Shown: positions 1 to 12,500, counted from the first letter of the whole stretch. The stretch: 62,235 bases of DNA, filler included, from Dimargaris cristalligena (GCA_003614675.1; 20 parts of 20 records of this genome joined end to end with filler, not necessarily neighbours in it); one strand, 5' to 3'. Notes: generated from the letters alone by a model not told the origin. Numbers and translations are program-made.

Positions 1-1072
1 TGTGTCGCAAAATGGATGCAAAGTGATTGCAAATAAAAATCGGGTTCGTTAGAAATATATCAACTATAAACAAATTACAAATATTAATCGCAGTACTGAC
101 AGAATAGAAACCGCCATGGTAGTCATTACCAAAATAAAAACAAGGTAACCACAAGATTAGTAGATTGAGTATAGATTGGATCTCATATCTACCATTGACA
201 ATCCATCATAGTATGACAGATAGCTATACATATACCTGAAAGTATAGTCGCAAGAAAAATATACCGGTATTGATTATAAAGCTGCAGTCCAAAGTATTTT
301 TAACAATAAATAATTAATCGTGGCTGAAGGCTTGGTCACCTTATTGGGCATTAGACGCCCTTGTCCTATAATGCCATTGGCTGCTGACAGGACAGATGTC
401 CTGAGCTATATATCCTCGTACTCACTCGATTAAAAAGTAAGTGGAAGGATATACCCTCTCCCGAGTGTGCTTTAGGATATCAGCTTTGTTAGTCAATTGT
501 ATATCCGTATTTTGTAAAACCGATCCGACATTGGCTACTAAATAACAGATATATACTACCACAGAGGATCGAATTTTATGCCCGTGGTTGTTCTTTTCTA
601 ATCCAAACCATTCTATATATTCCCCTGGTTTAATGGTATTCGCTAGGATTAGTAGCTATCGCAACCCACAAGGGATAGCAGAGATTCCGCTATTTAAAGT
701 GAGGAAAGTTGGTAATATGGACAGAAGCAACAAAACTTGGAGTGTTGGTTACTAGTGCGTAGCCTACACCCAGCTGAGTGGAACATATTCAGCAGGTAGT
801 GCTGATGTGCACTCTACTTCCCAGTATTATTCTAAACAATCAAAGAGTCCGAGTATGCCAATACCATCTCTAAATACCCCACTCAATGGCATAAGTAATT
901 ATTTATTCAATTATCAATAAATGGTATGGGCAACTTAATAAATCTAATCAATTGATGAAATTCGTGCAATATCTGCAATAAACGAAATAAATGGGGGGGA
1001 AAAATCGTAAGCAATCACATAATGCGCTACATTCAATAAGTATATCATGGTAGTGGATTCAGACAAACCGGA

Positions 1073-2528
1073 TTAAATAGGGGGGGCAGAGGGCTTATTG
1101 GCCCTGTACTCGACTCGACCCCCACCGATAATAACTGGAATGATGGGGGGTGACATAATCCCAGCGAACCCGGTGCACATTTTGTCCAGTGGATTGGCAG
1201 GCGCACTGGCTTTACCAGCTGACGAGCGCGATGCTTGGGCCGGATTCCTGGCCGACGACTTGGCCACATAGCCCCGGCTGACACTTGAAGAATTGGTGGT
1301 ATTTACCCGACTCGGTACCGAAGAAAATGGCACACGGCCTTGTTGACGAGGTGCCGTTTTGGTCACGGGATGAGTTGGGCGACGACCTGTAACCGGATTC
1401 GGGAGGCGAGTGACAGACTGCGTCGTCGGGGGACGCGGCTGAGGAGTAGAGATAAGCTTAATGTGGCTATCAAGTTCAGAGACTCCCTTCATTATTTGGT
1501 CAAGGCGGTCGGAGAGGGGTTGCGGCGGAGATTGATTCTGCTTTCTTCTAGCAGGGACGGGCAAGCGGGAGGGCGTAATCCCTGGGGGTAAGTGTGGGTT
1601 GGAACTGGTTTGACCGGCAAGGCGGGCCTTAATCGCCGCAAGTGGCTCACCGAAAGGTGAAGCGCTCGCATCTTGAGTAAATAGGCAGTTCTTTTTCCTG
1701 GGCGGAAATAGCTCCCGCGGCAATAGATCTTTTCCATCTGAACCAGAGAAGGAAGGCGGACTAAAAGCCACACTACTATCAGACTTTGTTAACGGGGAAT
1801 AGGGTATGTCGCCTAGTGCACAGTCCCCACTCGGGGTGGCCGGGCAGTAGGGTGAGTAATACCGAGAGGAGGAGGAGGAGGAGGTCCGTTTCGGAGTAGA
1901 CGCTGGCGTCGATGAGTCGATGGACGGGGTATACACTTCCGACTCATCTTCCCAAAGGGCGGCCTCGGGAACTGGCAGGAATTCGTCGGCGGGATTGGCT
2001 TTGGTATAGGGTTCGGTATTGATATCCGGCTGCTCGCCTTGACTGGCTAGTCCAACAGCGATCAAATGGGCCAAGTGCTTGAATGACAGCACCTAAATGC
2101 GATACAGTGTGTCCAAATACATATAGAATGTTAGTTATATAGTCACTAGTAAAAAAGTATACCGGCGACGTTCGACAAATTGTGTACATACAATGGTAAT
2201 AAAACCAACGGAGTTCTCTACGTACTTTGTTAGTGCTAAACACATCTCCACAGATGATAGGCCGGGTAGCGAGCGGTTGGTGCAGTTTAGTCGAGATCAT
2301 CGTTCCAAGCTGGCGCGAAATAACTGACGGTGGTAAATATAGTAGGAAGGAAATAATAACAATCGTGTATAAAATCAAGTCAAACAGATCCGGACTGGGT
2401 AGTAACGTAGAGTATAGCAGAGTTCTAATGTAATAGTTGAGTGTGAATACTAGGTAGAAGGCAATATAAATCAGTGGTGGAAGTATTGTCGGGAAGAAGG
2501 TGGAGAGTAGAGTGGGCGGGAAAGGCAT
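1073..2528 (-). CDS. Two-exon hypothetical protein (~461 aa) with hydrophobic N-terminus and long Ser/Pro-rich disordered tail
   Basis: Exon 1 is 2528-2163 (122 codons from ATG). A 70-nt intron at 2162-2093 reads GTATAC...ACTAAC branch...TTTAG. Exon 2 (2092-1073) is the 339-aa ORF and joins exactly in frame. Confidence 0.65.
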
Positions 2529-3053
2529 ACATATATATATACACTACATTTTTCAGCTTATGACTGGTCCTAGACGGATATCGTTATGGGTGTAGTCCAA
2601 TCCCATGTTGGAAAACAAACACGCTGCTGACAAGGGGGGTATTTTTCATACGACTTTAGCATCTTCCTTATCCCCCCATTTGCATCATGCAATACCTCAT
2701 GCATTAGTGGCGGGCTCCACCTGTACGCCTGACATTATGCATAATGCTGTGATCTTGCTCTTTTTGCTCGCTTCGACTTGTACGCAGTATTCTTGACTAG
2801 ACCATCAGGGCAGCGGTACCAGCTCTTCAAGTATGCGTTGGGATAAGGAACTTGATCCCGCTACTTGGCGAAGCTATATAAATGGACCTCCGGGTATGGA
2901 ATGTCTGTGTGATGGGTTGAGGGCTTGTTGCAATAATTCGAGGAGAAGGGCGGTTCGGGTGCGGACCCGGTGCCTATCGGATGGTTGAGTTTAGAGCAAT
3001 GCAAGGTAATGCACGGCACGTAGAAGCCATGTGAGGAGATATGGATGGAGCAA

Positions 3054-3153
3054 NNNNNNNNNNNNNNNNNNNNNNNNNNNNNNNNNNNNNNNNNNNNTTA
3101 ATTAATTAANNNNNNNNNNNNNNNNNNNNNNNNNNNNNNNNNNNNNNNNNNNN
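3054..3153. other. Artificial contig linker (first of 19)
   Basis: N44-TTAATTAATTAA-N44 gives stops in all six frames. Identical linkers start at 6204, 9352, 12498, 15635, 18771, 21901, 25025, 28144, 31263, 34382, 37498, 40613, 43727, 46840, 49949, 52945, 56043 and 59142. Confidence 0.99.
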
Positions 3154-3599
3154 AAATCCAACAAATGAAAGTGTTCCAGAAACCTCTCGACAAGGAGGAC
3201 AGCTCAGCAAGACTCTGGATCATGACACAGGGATGGTCGATATTCGTTTTTTCCCTCAACACCCGCCCATGTGTGGAGATGCCATAAAGAGAAGCTATAG
3301 CAGCTGGAGCATAGAAAGAGGGAGGGATAAGTGACAACACTATGTGGAGTAGGCAACAGTGCGGGAGGGACGGCGACCACGCTAAAGGGAAGGCAACAAC
3401 GCCAATATTTGCAACAGTGCGAGAAGGAAGCGAGTGACAACGCCGATAGTTGCGACAACACGAGGAGGCAACAACTTTGTGGAGGAATCGCGACAATGCG
3501 AAAATGGGAGGGGGAGTCTAACCGGACAAATAAGTGCTGGATCTAGAGGTGCTTCGTGAGATTTTGATAGGCGGGGTTCTCCGACAGTGCAATGCAGGG

Positions 3600-3934
3600 C
3601 ATGTTGTCCTCATGCAGAATGGTTAGACCGACAGGGAGCAAGCAAACGTTCCTGGGTAGGGATGGAAGCCAGATGGCTTCCTGGGTAGCTTAGCTGCGGC
3701 CATGTGTTGGCCTCTGTTGACAAGAGGGCAATGGTCTGCTGTCGTATGCTGTTCCAGCCAACCAGAGATGATCTGTGGAAGAAGAGCAACACAGTACAGG
3801 AGTGACGTGTGATGTTACCGCTCGCCCTGTCCACTTCAAGGAATCCCTCCACCTTGCCCATGTTCCCCTTTGCGAACCAGAGGCCCAGATTTTTCGTCGT
3901 CTTCAGGTAGCGGAAGATATAGCAAACTGCATAC
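3600..3934 (-). mobile_element. Ty1/Copia RT-end/RNase H relic
   Basis: Translates YIFRYLKTTKNLGLWF...VEGFLEVDRASGNITRHSCT...VGWNSIRQQTIALLSTEA, matching the Copia pattern RYL.GT...GY.DAD.A....RRS.SG...W.SK.Q..VALSTTEAEY. Degenerate. Confidence 0.8.
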
Positions 3935-4309
3935 TGTTTACTGAGGTCTTCAACATTTCGGGGCTCATAGTCAAGGTGGAGGTGTCAAAGTCCTAAGGGA
4001 TTTTGAGAAGAGGTAAAGGATGAAGATGACTACCCAATGTGGTCGCTACCCCTAACTACAGGTCAGCTACACCTGCTTCCACTAACTATCCTAAGGCAGG
4101 GCGCTCAGCGGCATACATGCGTGATGTACATAATGAGGGTATACAGAGGGGATGTAAATGGGATTGGCTTAGCCGATATATGTCGCAACCAACGTGTCGG
4201 GACTTCTAAACGCTTGAAGTCTGACACTCGCTCTGTCCAGGCGTCCAAGGGCGTCCACCGTAGGGGAATACCACAGGGATCAGAAGTCTCAGCGCGAATG
4301 CATTTTACA
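3935..4309 (-). repeat. LTR family D, copy 1 (3' LTR with polypurine tract)
   Basis: On the minus strand it reads TGTAAA...TAAACA and is preceded by AGGGAGAG. It is an inverted homolog of 5309-5654. Confidence 0.75.
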
Positions 4310-4405
4310 GCACTCTCCCTATCTGATCTGGAAAAAATGTCTATGCAACCAGAAGGCCCAAGGTAAATCTGAATCCAAAGAACGGCTTGCAGCTGCTACC
4401 TGACC

Positions 4406-4406
4406 C

Positions 4407-4492
<86 letters not shown>
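4406..4492 (+). repeat. (CAA)29 perfect microsatellite
   Basis: Read directly from the sequence. Confidence 0.98.
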
Positions 4493-4569
4493 ATTGCTAC
4501 AAGGCTCGCCTCCTCGCCATCGGATACATCTAGAAGTACAGGGAGGACTACCTGGGCACCTTCTCCCCT

Positions 4570-5308
4570 GCGGTGGAGATGCCAACCATTCGCCTTCTCA
4601 CCTCCGTCGCGGTTGCGCTTGACCTCTCCCTCTACCACATGCACGTCAAGACAGCCTTCCTCAACAGCCGTCCTCACAAGACAATCTACATGTGCGCCCC
4701 CCCCACTGTCCCTGTGGCACTTGCGTCATCCACTCCCTGCGGACTCTGTACGCCTTGAAGCAGAGCACTTGTGAGTGGAATGCATGCCTGCATGTGTTCA
4801 TGACACCAATGGTGTTCCATCGCTTGTCTGCCAATCCCCCCTCCTACATCCCCGATGACGCAAATGGGCGGGTCCTCATTGCAATCTACGCCGACAACAA
4901 TGGGCCCCTTCCAAGACTGTTGCCCAGGGGGTGAATCACTTGATCATGAAAAAGTTCAGCATGTTGCTGATTGGAGGAACTTGACTTCATTCTTGGCAGA
5001 AAGGTGGACAAGTACTCCGGCGGATGGTTCCTGAACCAGACAGGCTACATCGACATGATCCTAGATCGTTAAAACACGGCAGACTGCCAGCCTGTCATAA
5101 CACTGCAGCGACCTTTGCCAACGATCCCATCAAGCAAGTACCAAAGCTGGCAGATCCCAACGTCCTTCCCCACTGCACCGCCGTCGGTTTCCTCATGTAC
5201 ACGATGATTGTCACCCATCCAGATATTGCCTACACCGTGTCCCTGGTCTCCTGGAACATGGCTAGCCCTACCAAGGCAAGGGGGCAACATGTCATGCACA
5301 ACTTCTTT
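4570..5308 (+). mobile_element. Ty1/Copia reverse transcriptase relic (frameshifted)
   Basis: Motifs MHVKTAFLN (DVKTAFLNG), LYALKQS (LYGLKQS), IAIYADN (YVDD) and AVGFLMYTMIVTHPDIAYTVS (VGSLMY...TRPDIAYAV) lie in shifting frames. Confidence 0.9.
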
Positions 5309-5654
5309 TGTAAAGCGCATCAGCGCCGGAACCTGGAACCCCTATTGTATTGCTCTACAGGGGCGGCCCTTGGACGCCTAGACGGAGCAAGTGACGGACT
5401 AAGCCTTTAGCAGTCCTGCCGTGTCGTGCTGTAGATTGGCTATGTCTTCTTATCCCATATACATCCCCCCACTATCCCCTCATTGTGTACATCGCGCCTG
5501 TATGCGGCTTGGAGCCCCTCCTTAGCATAGTTAGCGGTGGCAACTGCATTTGGGGAATCATCATCATCCTTTACCTCTTCTCAAAAGCCCAAAGGAGACT
5601 TTGACACCTCCACCTTGACCATGAGCCCGGAAGCGCTCAAGACCTCAGTAAACA
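5309..5654 (+). repeat. LTR family D, copy 2
   Basis: TGTAAA...TAAACA termini. Long blocks such as CCCTTGGACGCC and ACTTTGACACCTCCACCTTGAC are shared with the reverse complement of 3935-4309. Confidence 0.75.
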
Positions 5655-6303
5655 TTACCCTGTTTACTACATTGTAGCACAACTGGTTTTCACCCCGCCA
5701 GCTAAAACTCAAAGAGAAGTTTCGCTCAACAGCGAAAACCCTTTTCACTACACCGGCCTACGTTTGACATGTCCTCACATTAATGAACTTCAAACCCACC
5801 CAAGAAACCCCCTCATCACTGCCTCCATTACCCTGAGGGCATGCCGTGCAGAAGAGAACACGGACGCGGACAGCCTGCCTGTCTCGCCCTGGCACTGCCC
5901 CAGTTCACCCAACTACTGAGGGCCACCTAACCTCCCGCATCTCCGCCGCCTGCCGCTGCCAGTGAACTCCGCTTGCCACGGAAGCCCTTATATCCATCCG
6001 ATGTCATGATCCAGAGCCATGGTACAAGTCATGACTTGGAGTCACGGTACAGGTAACGCCCAGAGTCATGGCACTTGGATACCTTCTAGCACAGTCCCAA
6101 TCCCCAGCACAGCCCCAAGCTTCCTCTACCTAAAGACCCATGTATCCCTCCTGTTATTTACCATCCTGATCAACACCAGTCCTGGGCGGTAGAATCTATC
6201 CCANNNNNNNNNNNNNNNNNNNNNNNNNNNNNNNNNNNNNNNNNNNNTTAATTAATTAANNNNNNNNNNNNNNNNNNNNNNNNNNNNNNNNNNNNNNNNN
6301 NNN

Positions 6304-6411
6304 CTTACTGCCACCTCTTGGAACAGCAAGTCTATCATCACCTTTCCCTTTTTATCACCTATCTTTTCAAATAAAGATAAGTTTTCAAGGATTTGAGTTC
6401 AGTTCTCTATA
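6304..6411 (+). repeat. LTR family B, 3' tail at contig start
   Basis: ...AATAAAG...GATTTGAGTTCAGTTCTYTA(C/T)A. The same tail occurs at 9452-9521 and 31363-31493. Assignment to family B is inferred from the terminal inverted match with TGTGGTGAACT. Confidence 0.7.
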
Positions 6412-7624
6412 AGGGTGCTTGTTTGGGGTTGGGCCAGGCTTGGGGTGCTTAGTGGAGTTGCCAGGGCAGATACGGGCAGTGCATTCCCTGGGTGGGTGGC
6501 TAGAGCTATTTCAATCCAGCATAATGTTTCTTGTGTAGAGTTCTCTTACTGTTGGAGGGTAGCTTATTGCTCCTCCATGCCCTGCATTCAATTGGTGATC
6601 CAAAGGATGCTATCTACTAGTTATTCTTGGGTCTGGGAGTGGGTAGCACTTTGTTCCCAGAGCATCACTAGAATTTCTTGGTATGGGTTGGGGTCGCATG
6701 CCAGGGCTGGTGGGGTTGGGTTCAGGGGCTGCAATATGTTGGTACTCAGTGAATCACTGATCTTGATGTATAGTAGGGTTGCTTCATTCCACTTGTCATA
6801 GTAGGGGAGTCTAGGTGTGTTATCCAGGTTGACTGAAACAGTTGTTGGAATACTGGTTTTGGGCTGTCCTTGGGTGTGGCATGTGGACTGGGTTGCCTGG
6901 GCAGTCTCCTCCTTCCTTTGACTAGCTCGGGTATCTGAGCTAGTGGGGGCAGAGGGTTTGATGATGGTAGCCATTGCCTGGGTACTATGGTGGGTGCAAC
7001 TTGAGATGGGCTCATCATTATCAGCCACAGCCTGGGGGAGTCAATAGTTGGGCCCCAGTATGTGAGTACCAAGGGGTGAACTGTGGTTTCATTATTTATT
7101 ATGTATCCAAATGAATTTGGTTGCTCTAGTGTACAGTGAGTTGGTAGGGGTCACTGTCTGGTCTTGGGGTATACCTGTCAGGGAGGGTTGGTGAGGGGGT
7201 ATCAGGTCTCCTGGATTTGAGTGTAGTCAGAAGTCTCTGATAAGTGATAATTCTGCTTAGATTGGGGTTTCTCATGAGGCTAATCTTGGGAGGTTTTGTA
7301 AGTAGCCTTGTAAAATGCATACTCTATGGTTTGGCACTGGTCAATCAATGTATCACTGTACTTGGGTAGTTCTAAGTTCATCCTCAGAGGGGGTAGGTGT
7401 TGTTGGGGGGTGTGCTTCCACAGTCCTTTATGGTTGGGCATCTTTGGGGTGTATCTCCATGTTCTTTTGTGGGGTAACAGCTTGATTGTCTGCAGTCCTT
7501 TGTGGGTGGGGGCCCATTCCTTCCACAGTGCCTTATAGTCCTTCATAAGGTACAGGTAGGTCTATGGCTGATAGGGGTACAGAGGCTTTCCTTTGAGAGA
7601 CTGTTCAATATGGTCCTCTACCAG
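6412..7624 (-). mobile_element. Degenerate internal (5' UTR/gag-side) region downstream of LTR-A
   Basis: Follows LTR-A and a PBS-like TGG (7623-7612). Its first ~320 bp are homologous to 55410-55732 and 58508-58830. Almost no CpG; no intact ORF. Confidence 0.5.
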
Positions 7625-8205
7625 TGTCACCCAGGTTAACTACTCTTAGTCTGTCAAGAGTCCTGGGGGTAGGCTTCTAACAGTAGGCAGGCTTTAGACT
7701 TGGCTAAGTGGGCTACTAGTGTTAGGGAGGGAATGGTACTAACCAAATAAAGCAAACATAGTCAACTATACCAGGGATATGCAGCAGTGCACACTTACTT
7801 AGTTAATATAAGGGGATGAGCATATATAGGTGTTTATTGGGGGTAAACTAAGGAATATGAATAAGCTGAAGATTCTAACTGGTCCAAATGGGCCCAGTTA
7901 TATATACACAGGGGACTACTCCAACAGGAGGTCCCAAGGGGAGGAACTACATAACTAAGCTATTAATGAGTAAACCGGCCGGGTGGTCCTTGTATCAGGA
8001 AGACTTCTATGGGAACTGGAAGGGGCCTCAGATTAACAGTAGAGTGATTAGTGTGAACACCGGAGAGCCTGATTGGTGGGGTTATATGATAATGGTTATC
8101 CCCATAGTACTGGGGGTGACCATGGGGGGGTTCAATATGGTGCTATAAGGCCTGATATGGCAGATAATCATCCTGTCAGATTAGGTTGGATTAGGAGGGC
8201 CGACA
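7625..8205 (-). repeat. LTR family A (~580 bp), probable 5' LTR
   Basis: TGTCGGCCC...GGGTGACA termini and an internal TATATATAA box. Homologous to eight other copies in this window. Confidence 0.85.
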
Positions 8206-8829
8206 AGGGGAAGAGGGGATGGCAAAGTAAATAGTGGCAACGATAAAGAGACAGGGTAAATCTTCAACTTTCTCTCTCCTTTTCTCTCACTAAAGCAGCG
8301 AGAAACAGGCTTAACCATGTTTATCCATTTGTAGTGGAACATTCCATATTACAGTTATCCTGCTGGCCAAAGTAGACTGATTTGCAGAAAACGGGCAAGA
8401 GGGGTGAGGCTTCTAGACAAGAGCGAAAAATTGTCTACTTTGTAGCCCAAGGATCGTCACCAAAGAGTCGTCATGTAAATCTCTGTATTATCAGCTTGAA
8501 CTGTGGCGGCCATGTGGCCATTGTGCAATTGGCAGAGGTAGAAAGACGGGACGGCATTCCCAAAACATATTTTACTTAAATCTCTCTACATGACTGTAAC
8601 AGAGAACAGCAGCCTGGATAGTAGGGAAGCTAGTGAGACAGTTTTTCTAAAACTGCCCATCTAATGAATAACGGCCACCTATACTCCCTTTACAGAAAAA
8701 TATAAATACCACTTGGCAGCCCACTCTTCTGGTAGCAGTATCCACTCATCCGCACTTCATCCAAAGCAGTTCATTACAACTCATCTCATTCCATGTTTTC
8801 CACTTACCCAAATTCCCACCATATCCACC

Positions 8830-9051
8830 ATGCAGTTTACCTTGTTTTTCAAGGCCCTCCCCATTGCCATTGTCGCTCTTTTCGCTGTGGCCCAGGCCAA
8901 CCCCGTTAATGGCCATTCTGACAGCTCCGCCGCTCATGCCCAGGGGCTTTTCCGCCGTCAACTGGCGGGTGCAACTGCTTCGGTTGGAAAACGATTTGTA
9001 TCTTCAAAAGAGCCCATTTTTTGGCCGACCTTTTATCATAAACATCAATAG
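8830..9051 (+). CDS. Small secreted peptide precursor (73 aa) with signal peptide and RR/KR sites
   Basis: MQFTLFFKALPIAIVALFAVAQA|NPVN...GLFRR-QLAGATASVG-KR-FVSSKEPIFWPTFYHKHQ. TATAAA at ~8701, CCACCATG start context, AATAAA at ~9153. Confidence 0.7.
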   Translation: MQFTLFFKALPIAIVALFAVAQANPVNGHSDSSAAHAQGLFRRQLAGATASVGKRFVSSKEPIFWPTFYHKHQ

Positions 9052-9451
9052 ACTGGTTTCTCCTTCCAGCTCCTGCCACTCCACTTCGGCCTGATTTTAT
9101 TAAGTCATAGTAGCCTTACCCTACCTAGCATGCTCAATCAGACATCCATATCAATAAAATCTCTATGCGTAATCCCCATTAAAGACGAGCAGTGTCTCAA
9201 TGTGCCCATTATTTCTATTAATAGTATGAATGAGCACGGTTCCCACTCAGCTGTTTGCTCAGAGTGTTCGGGCAGGAACCACTGCTCCATCATAAGTCCC
9301 CCATTAATCTGGGGCCATAACTGTACTATAAAATATAATTCAGTTTAAGACNNNNNNNNNNNNNNNNNNNNNNNNNNNNNNNNNNNNNNNNNNNNTTAAT
9401 TAATTAANNNNNNNNNNNNNNNNNNNNNNNNNNNNNNNNNNNNNNNNNNNN

Positions 9452-9521
9452 CCTTTCCCTTTTATTATCTATCTTTTCAAATAAAGTTCAGTTTTCAAGG
9501 ATTTGAGTTCAGTTCTTTACA
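9452..9521 (+). repeat. LTR family B, 3' tail
   Basis: Ends AGTTCTTTACA; matches 6304-6411 and 31363-31493. Confidence 0.7.
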
Positions 9522-12500
9522 GCCAATATAGTAGTGATCAGCTTTCCTCACTTAAAAAACCTAGAAATCCAGTTTACTCTTGGCCAACATGGCCTAGGGA
9601 ATAGCCGTTGGATAAATGTGCTGATTCTCTTTGGCCAACCTTTGCCCAAGGTTACTTCACTTACTTTTGTTGGAGTAACTGCAGATTCTCTCAAGTATAA
9701 CCTGAGATAGACTAAAGATGAAGTTTATTTTAAGATAGATAGAAGTAAGAAAGAACCGTAAGATGAGAATTAAGCTCATCACAGTGGTATTTATTGGGTG
9801 TAGTTTTGACCAATAGGATCACTCAAAATACCCAATACAGTAAATGGTACTTGGGGGGAGATACAGTCCAACAACTTTAACTGGTAGTAACCTGCTGTGT
9901 GAGGTCATAATGACTATATATTGCAATTTTCCAAATCTCAACTGCTCATCACTGATGTGTAAACACAGACTTAAAGGTCATTCATAAATACTTTATACTG
10001 ATTTATTTTGTATTTGAATTACTTTGTCTATAATAGTTCCTTATAAATAGCATTCAGCTAATCTTCTAAGGTTTCTTTATACATTTTATTTTCACTTTTA
10101 ATCAGTGTTATTTTTTAACAATTGATGACAGCACTCTATATAAATTACACTATATAATATGATACAAGCCTAGGAGGTGTTGAGAAACAATGGTCAATGT
10201 GTGTAGATATAATAGCCAATATATTAGCATGGCCTGATAGTCCAATGATACTATGGATTACATTGCTAGTGTTGAAAGAGCATGAGATATGAGCAAATTT
10301 TATTAAGGAAACTATATATGTAGATTGAACTTGCTGAAGCAATGTGGGCACTACTAAACTAGAGAATCAGAGAGCATGGCCAATATTTATTTAGATGGAC
10401 TATAACAGGCATCTGATAAGCCTAAAGAAGGTTGATCACATATCCGCCAAACCTTCCAAAATAGTGCTCTAGATAACAGGACTGGTGACACCCATGGTGA
10501 AATGTTGGTTAACCAGGAGTCCCTGGTTGGGACATAGGCAGCTGGAGTATACTCTTGATAGCAGGTGCTGCAGCCAGAACTATGGATCTGGTTAAATCAA
10601 TGGGCTCCAAGGGAAACAGACTGCCTTGGTGACTGGGTTTGGACCCTGTGGTGACTGTGGATGCAACATTATCTTAGCCGTATTAAGATGTATGGTAGTA
10701 CCTAGGCAATATAGTTATTATGACATCACTAAGTGTATGTAGTATCTTCCACTTTATGGTAAATATCTACAACATAATCAAATGGCTGGGCAAAATAGAA
10801 CTGTGTTAGTCATTAAAACCACATTTGGATAAAACACCATTATGTGTGTGCTCTTATTAAAGCTAAGAGTAGATATCTTATAAGTAACCATGCCAAAAAT
10901 TTCAACTATTTACAATGGCACATTCAGGCTTTTGGCCCCAACAGGCTGGTCATCAATTCGAATGATAATGATGAGATACTACTGAGGCTGTGACTTTTTA
11001 TTGGTGCTTATTAGGCTATCTATTGCTACTATAATCTTATGGCACACCCCCTATATTGTTCAAAGCCTTATTATTTAAGATCTCGTGTTAAATTATGGCC
11101 ATTTTTATGTTAGGTATGTTTGTAGCACCTTTCAATAGGAATTTATAAATCTATGATGGCATTCCACATTGATACGAAAGAGTACCCCTAGGTTTGGTGC
11201 CTGTATGCACAAAATGGATCTAAAAAATATTTACATACATCTACATTAAGGAATATTCTAGTCTTCATGATAAATAAATCACTATTTGGTTTAATGATAC
11301 ATTATTTTTACCTGTGGTGACCACTAATCCAACTGAATTCGGCTTCGTGGAGCCATACCTTGAAGGAATAGTGGCATTGTCATTACACTTAGACATTAAC
11401 AAGACATACAGGGTGGGAAATAAGGGTGCCATATCTAGCTAGACAATTCGAGTGCAGAATATGTGGGAAATAGGGCCAGTTATCGGGAATATAAGGTCAT
11501 ATTGACAATGGACAAATAGGACAATGCTGATGTACCTTGTTTTAAGCGAGCAGGGGATATCAATGAGAATAGCCAAATTGTTCTTGGCTACTACAGGGAA
11601 AAGTATTATTATTCATGGAATGAATGCTTCTCCAAGTGAATGGGAAGTACTATTGTTGGTGAAAGAGTCACCCCACCTTCAAGGAAAAGGTCGGGGCCTG
11701 CTATTAGGATATGTAAAACCACAATACCAGTGGCACTTTCGATTGAATTGGATTGAAATTGGAAGGGAAGACACAATACAAGGAAAACCCAACTATCCAA
11801 TACTGTTATACCAGCCAATGTTAAAAATTCGCTTCACCAATGGCCTCATTAATTCTTTTTTTCCTGTAAGGGAAACCCCTATTCCCCGCCCAATACACTT
11901 GTTTTTGATAGGTCAGTTGGAGTACCCCCGTAGATATATAAATGCACCAGCTCTCCTTGCCTAAAGCTTTCGAATATAGATTTAAAGTCATATATATCAT
12001 AAATATGACTTTGAATAAATTTTTACTAATTAAGGGCAAGGATCGGCCCAGTAGGGATTACCCTACGGCCGATCCCAAGGCCCCAATCGTAAAACCCATA
12101 TATTGGGTTTTACAAAAGGTAAGTTCATTATATTATTTATATTTATATCTGCATTACTGGTGTAGCCATTCACCCTTTATAAACTGCTCAATTGGCGACC
12201 ATTACACTGTCATTTGGCTGCTGGAATAATTCATACTGATACTACAGTTAATGAAAGGGTGGAGGTGAAAGGATAATTGGGGCGGTGGCTGCTTGTTTCC
12301 AAGGAGTTATAATGAACCTTGTCCCCTTTACCACCACGGCCAATTCTATATTCCCAATGCGTCAGAAGTATATGTACAATGGCCTCTTTCGAATATATAA
12401 TTGATTCTAACTAATGTTGCTATATCTATTTTATCTTAATACCTTATCACCCCTATACAGATTAAAAATGTATTTAGGTCTAGAAAGTAACCGGCCCNNN

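Noticed and set aside
3098-3109. Recurring TTAATTAATTAA palindrome every ~3.1 kb and ORFs ending in X..LIN
   Set aside because: Artificial six-frame-stop linker between contigs. It is not a biological repeat, and cross-linker gene clustering is meaningless.
4319-4677. Poly-Leu and poly-Cys ORFs
   Set aside because: Translations of the CAA microsatellite and antisense Copia sequence.
9130-9348. 72-aa ORF MLNQTSISIK present in three copies
   Set aside because: It spans the polyA signal and 3' flank of the secreted gene; recent segmental duplication explains its conservation.
11524-11964. 146-aa ORF
   Set aside because: No recognisable motif, and it lies in CpG-poor decayed DNA, so it cannot be supported as a gene.
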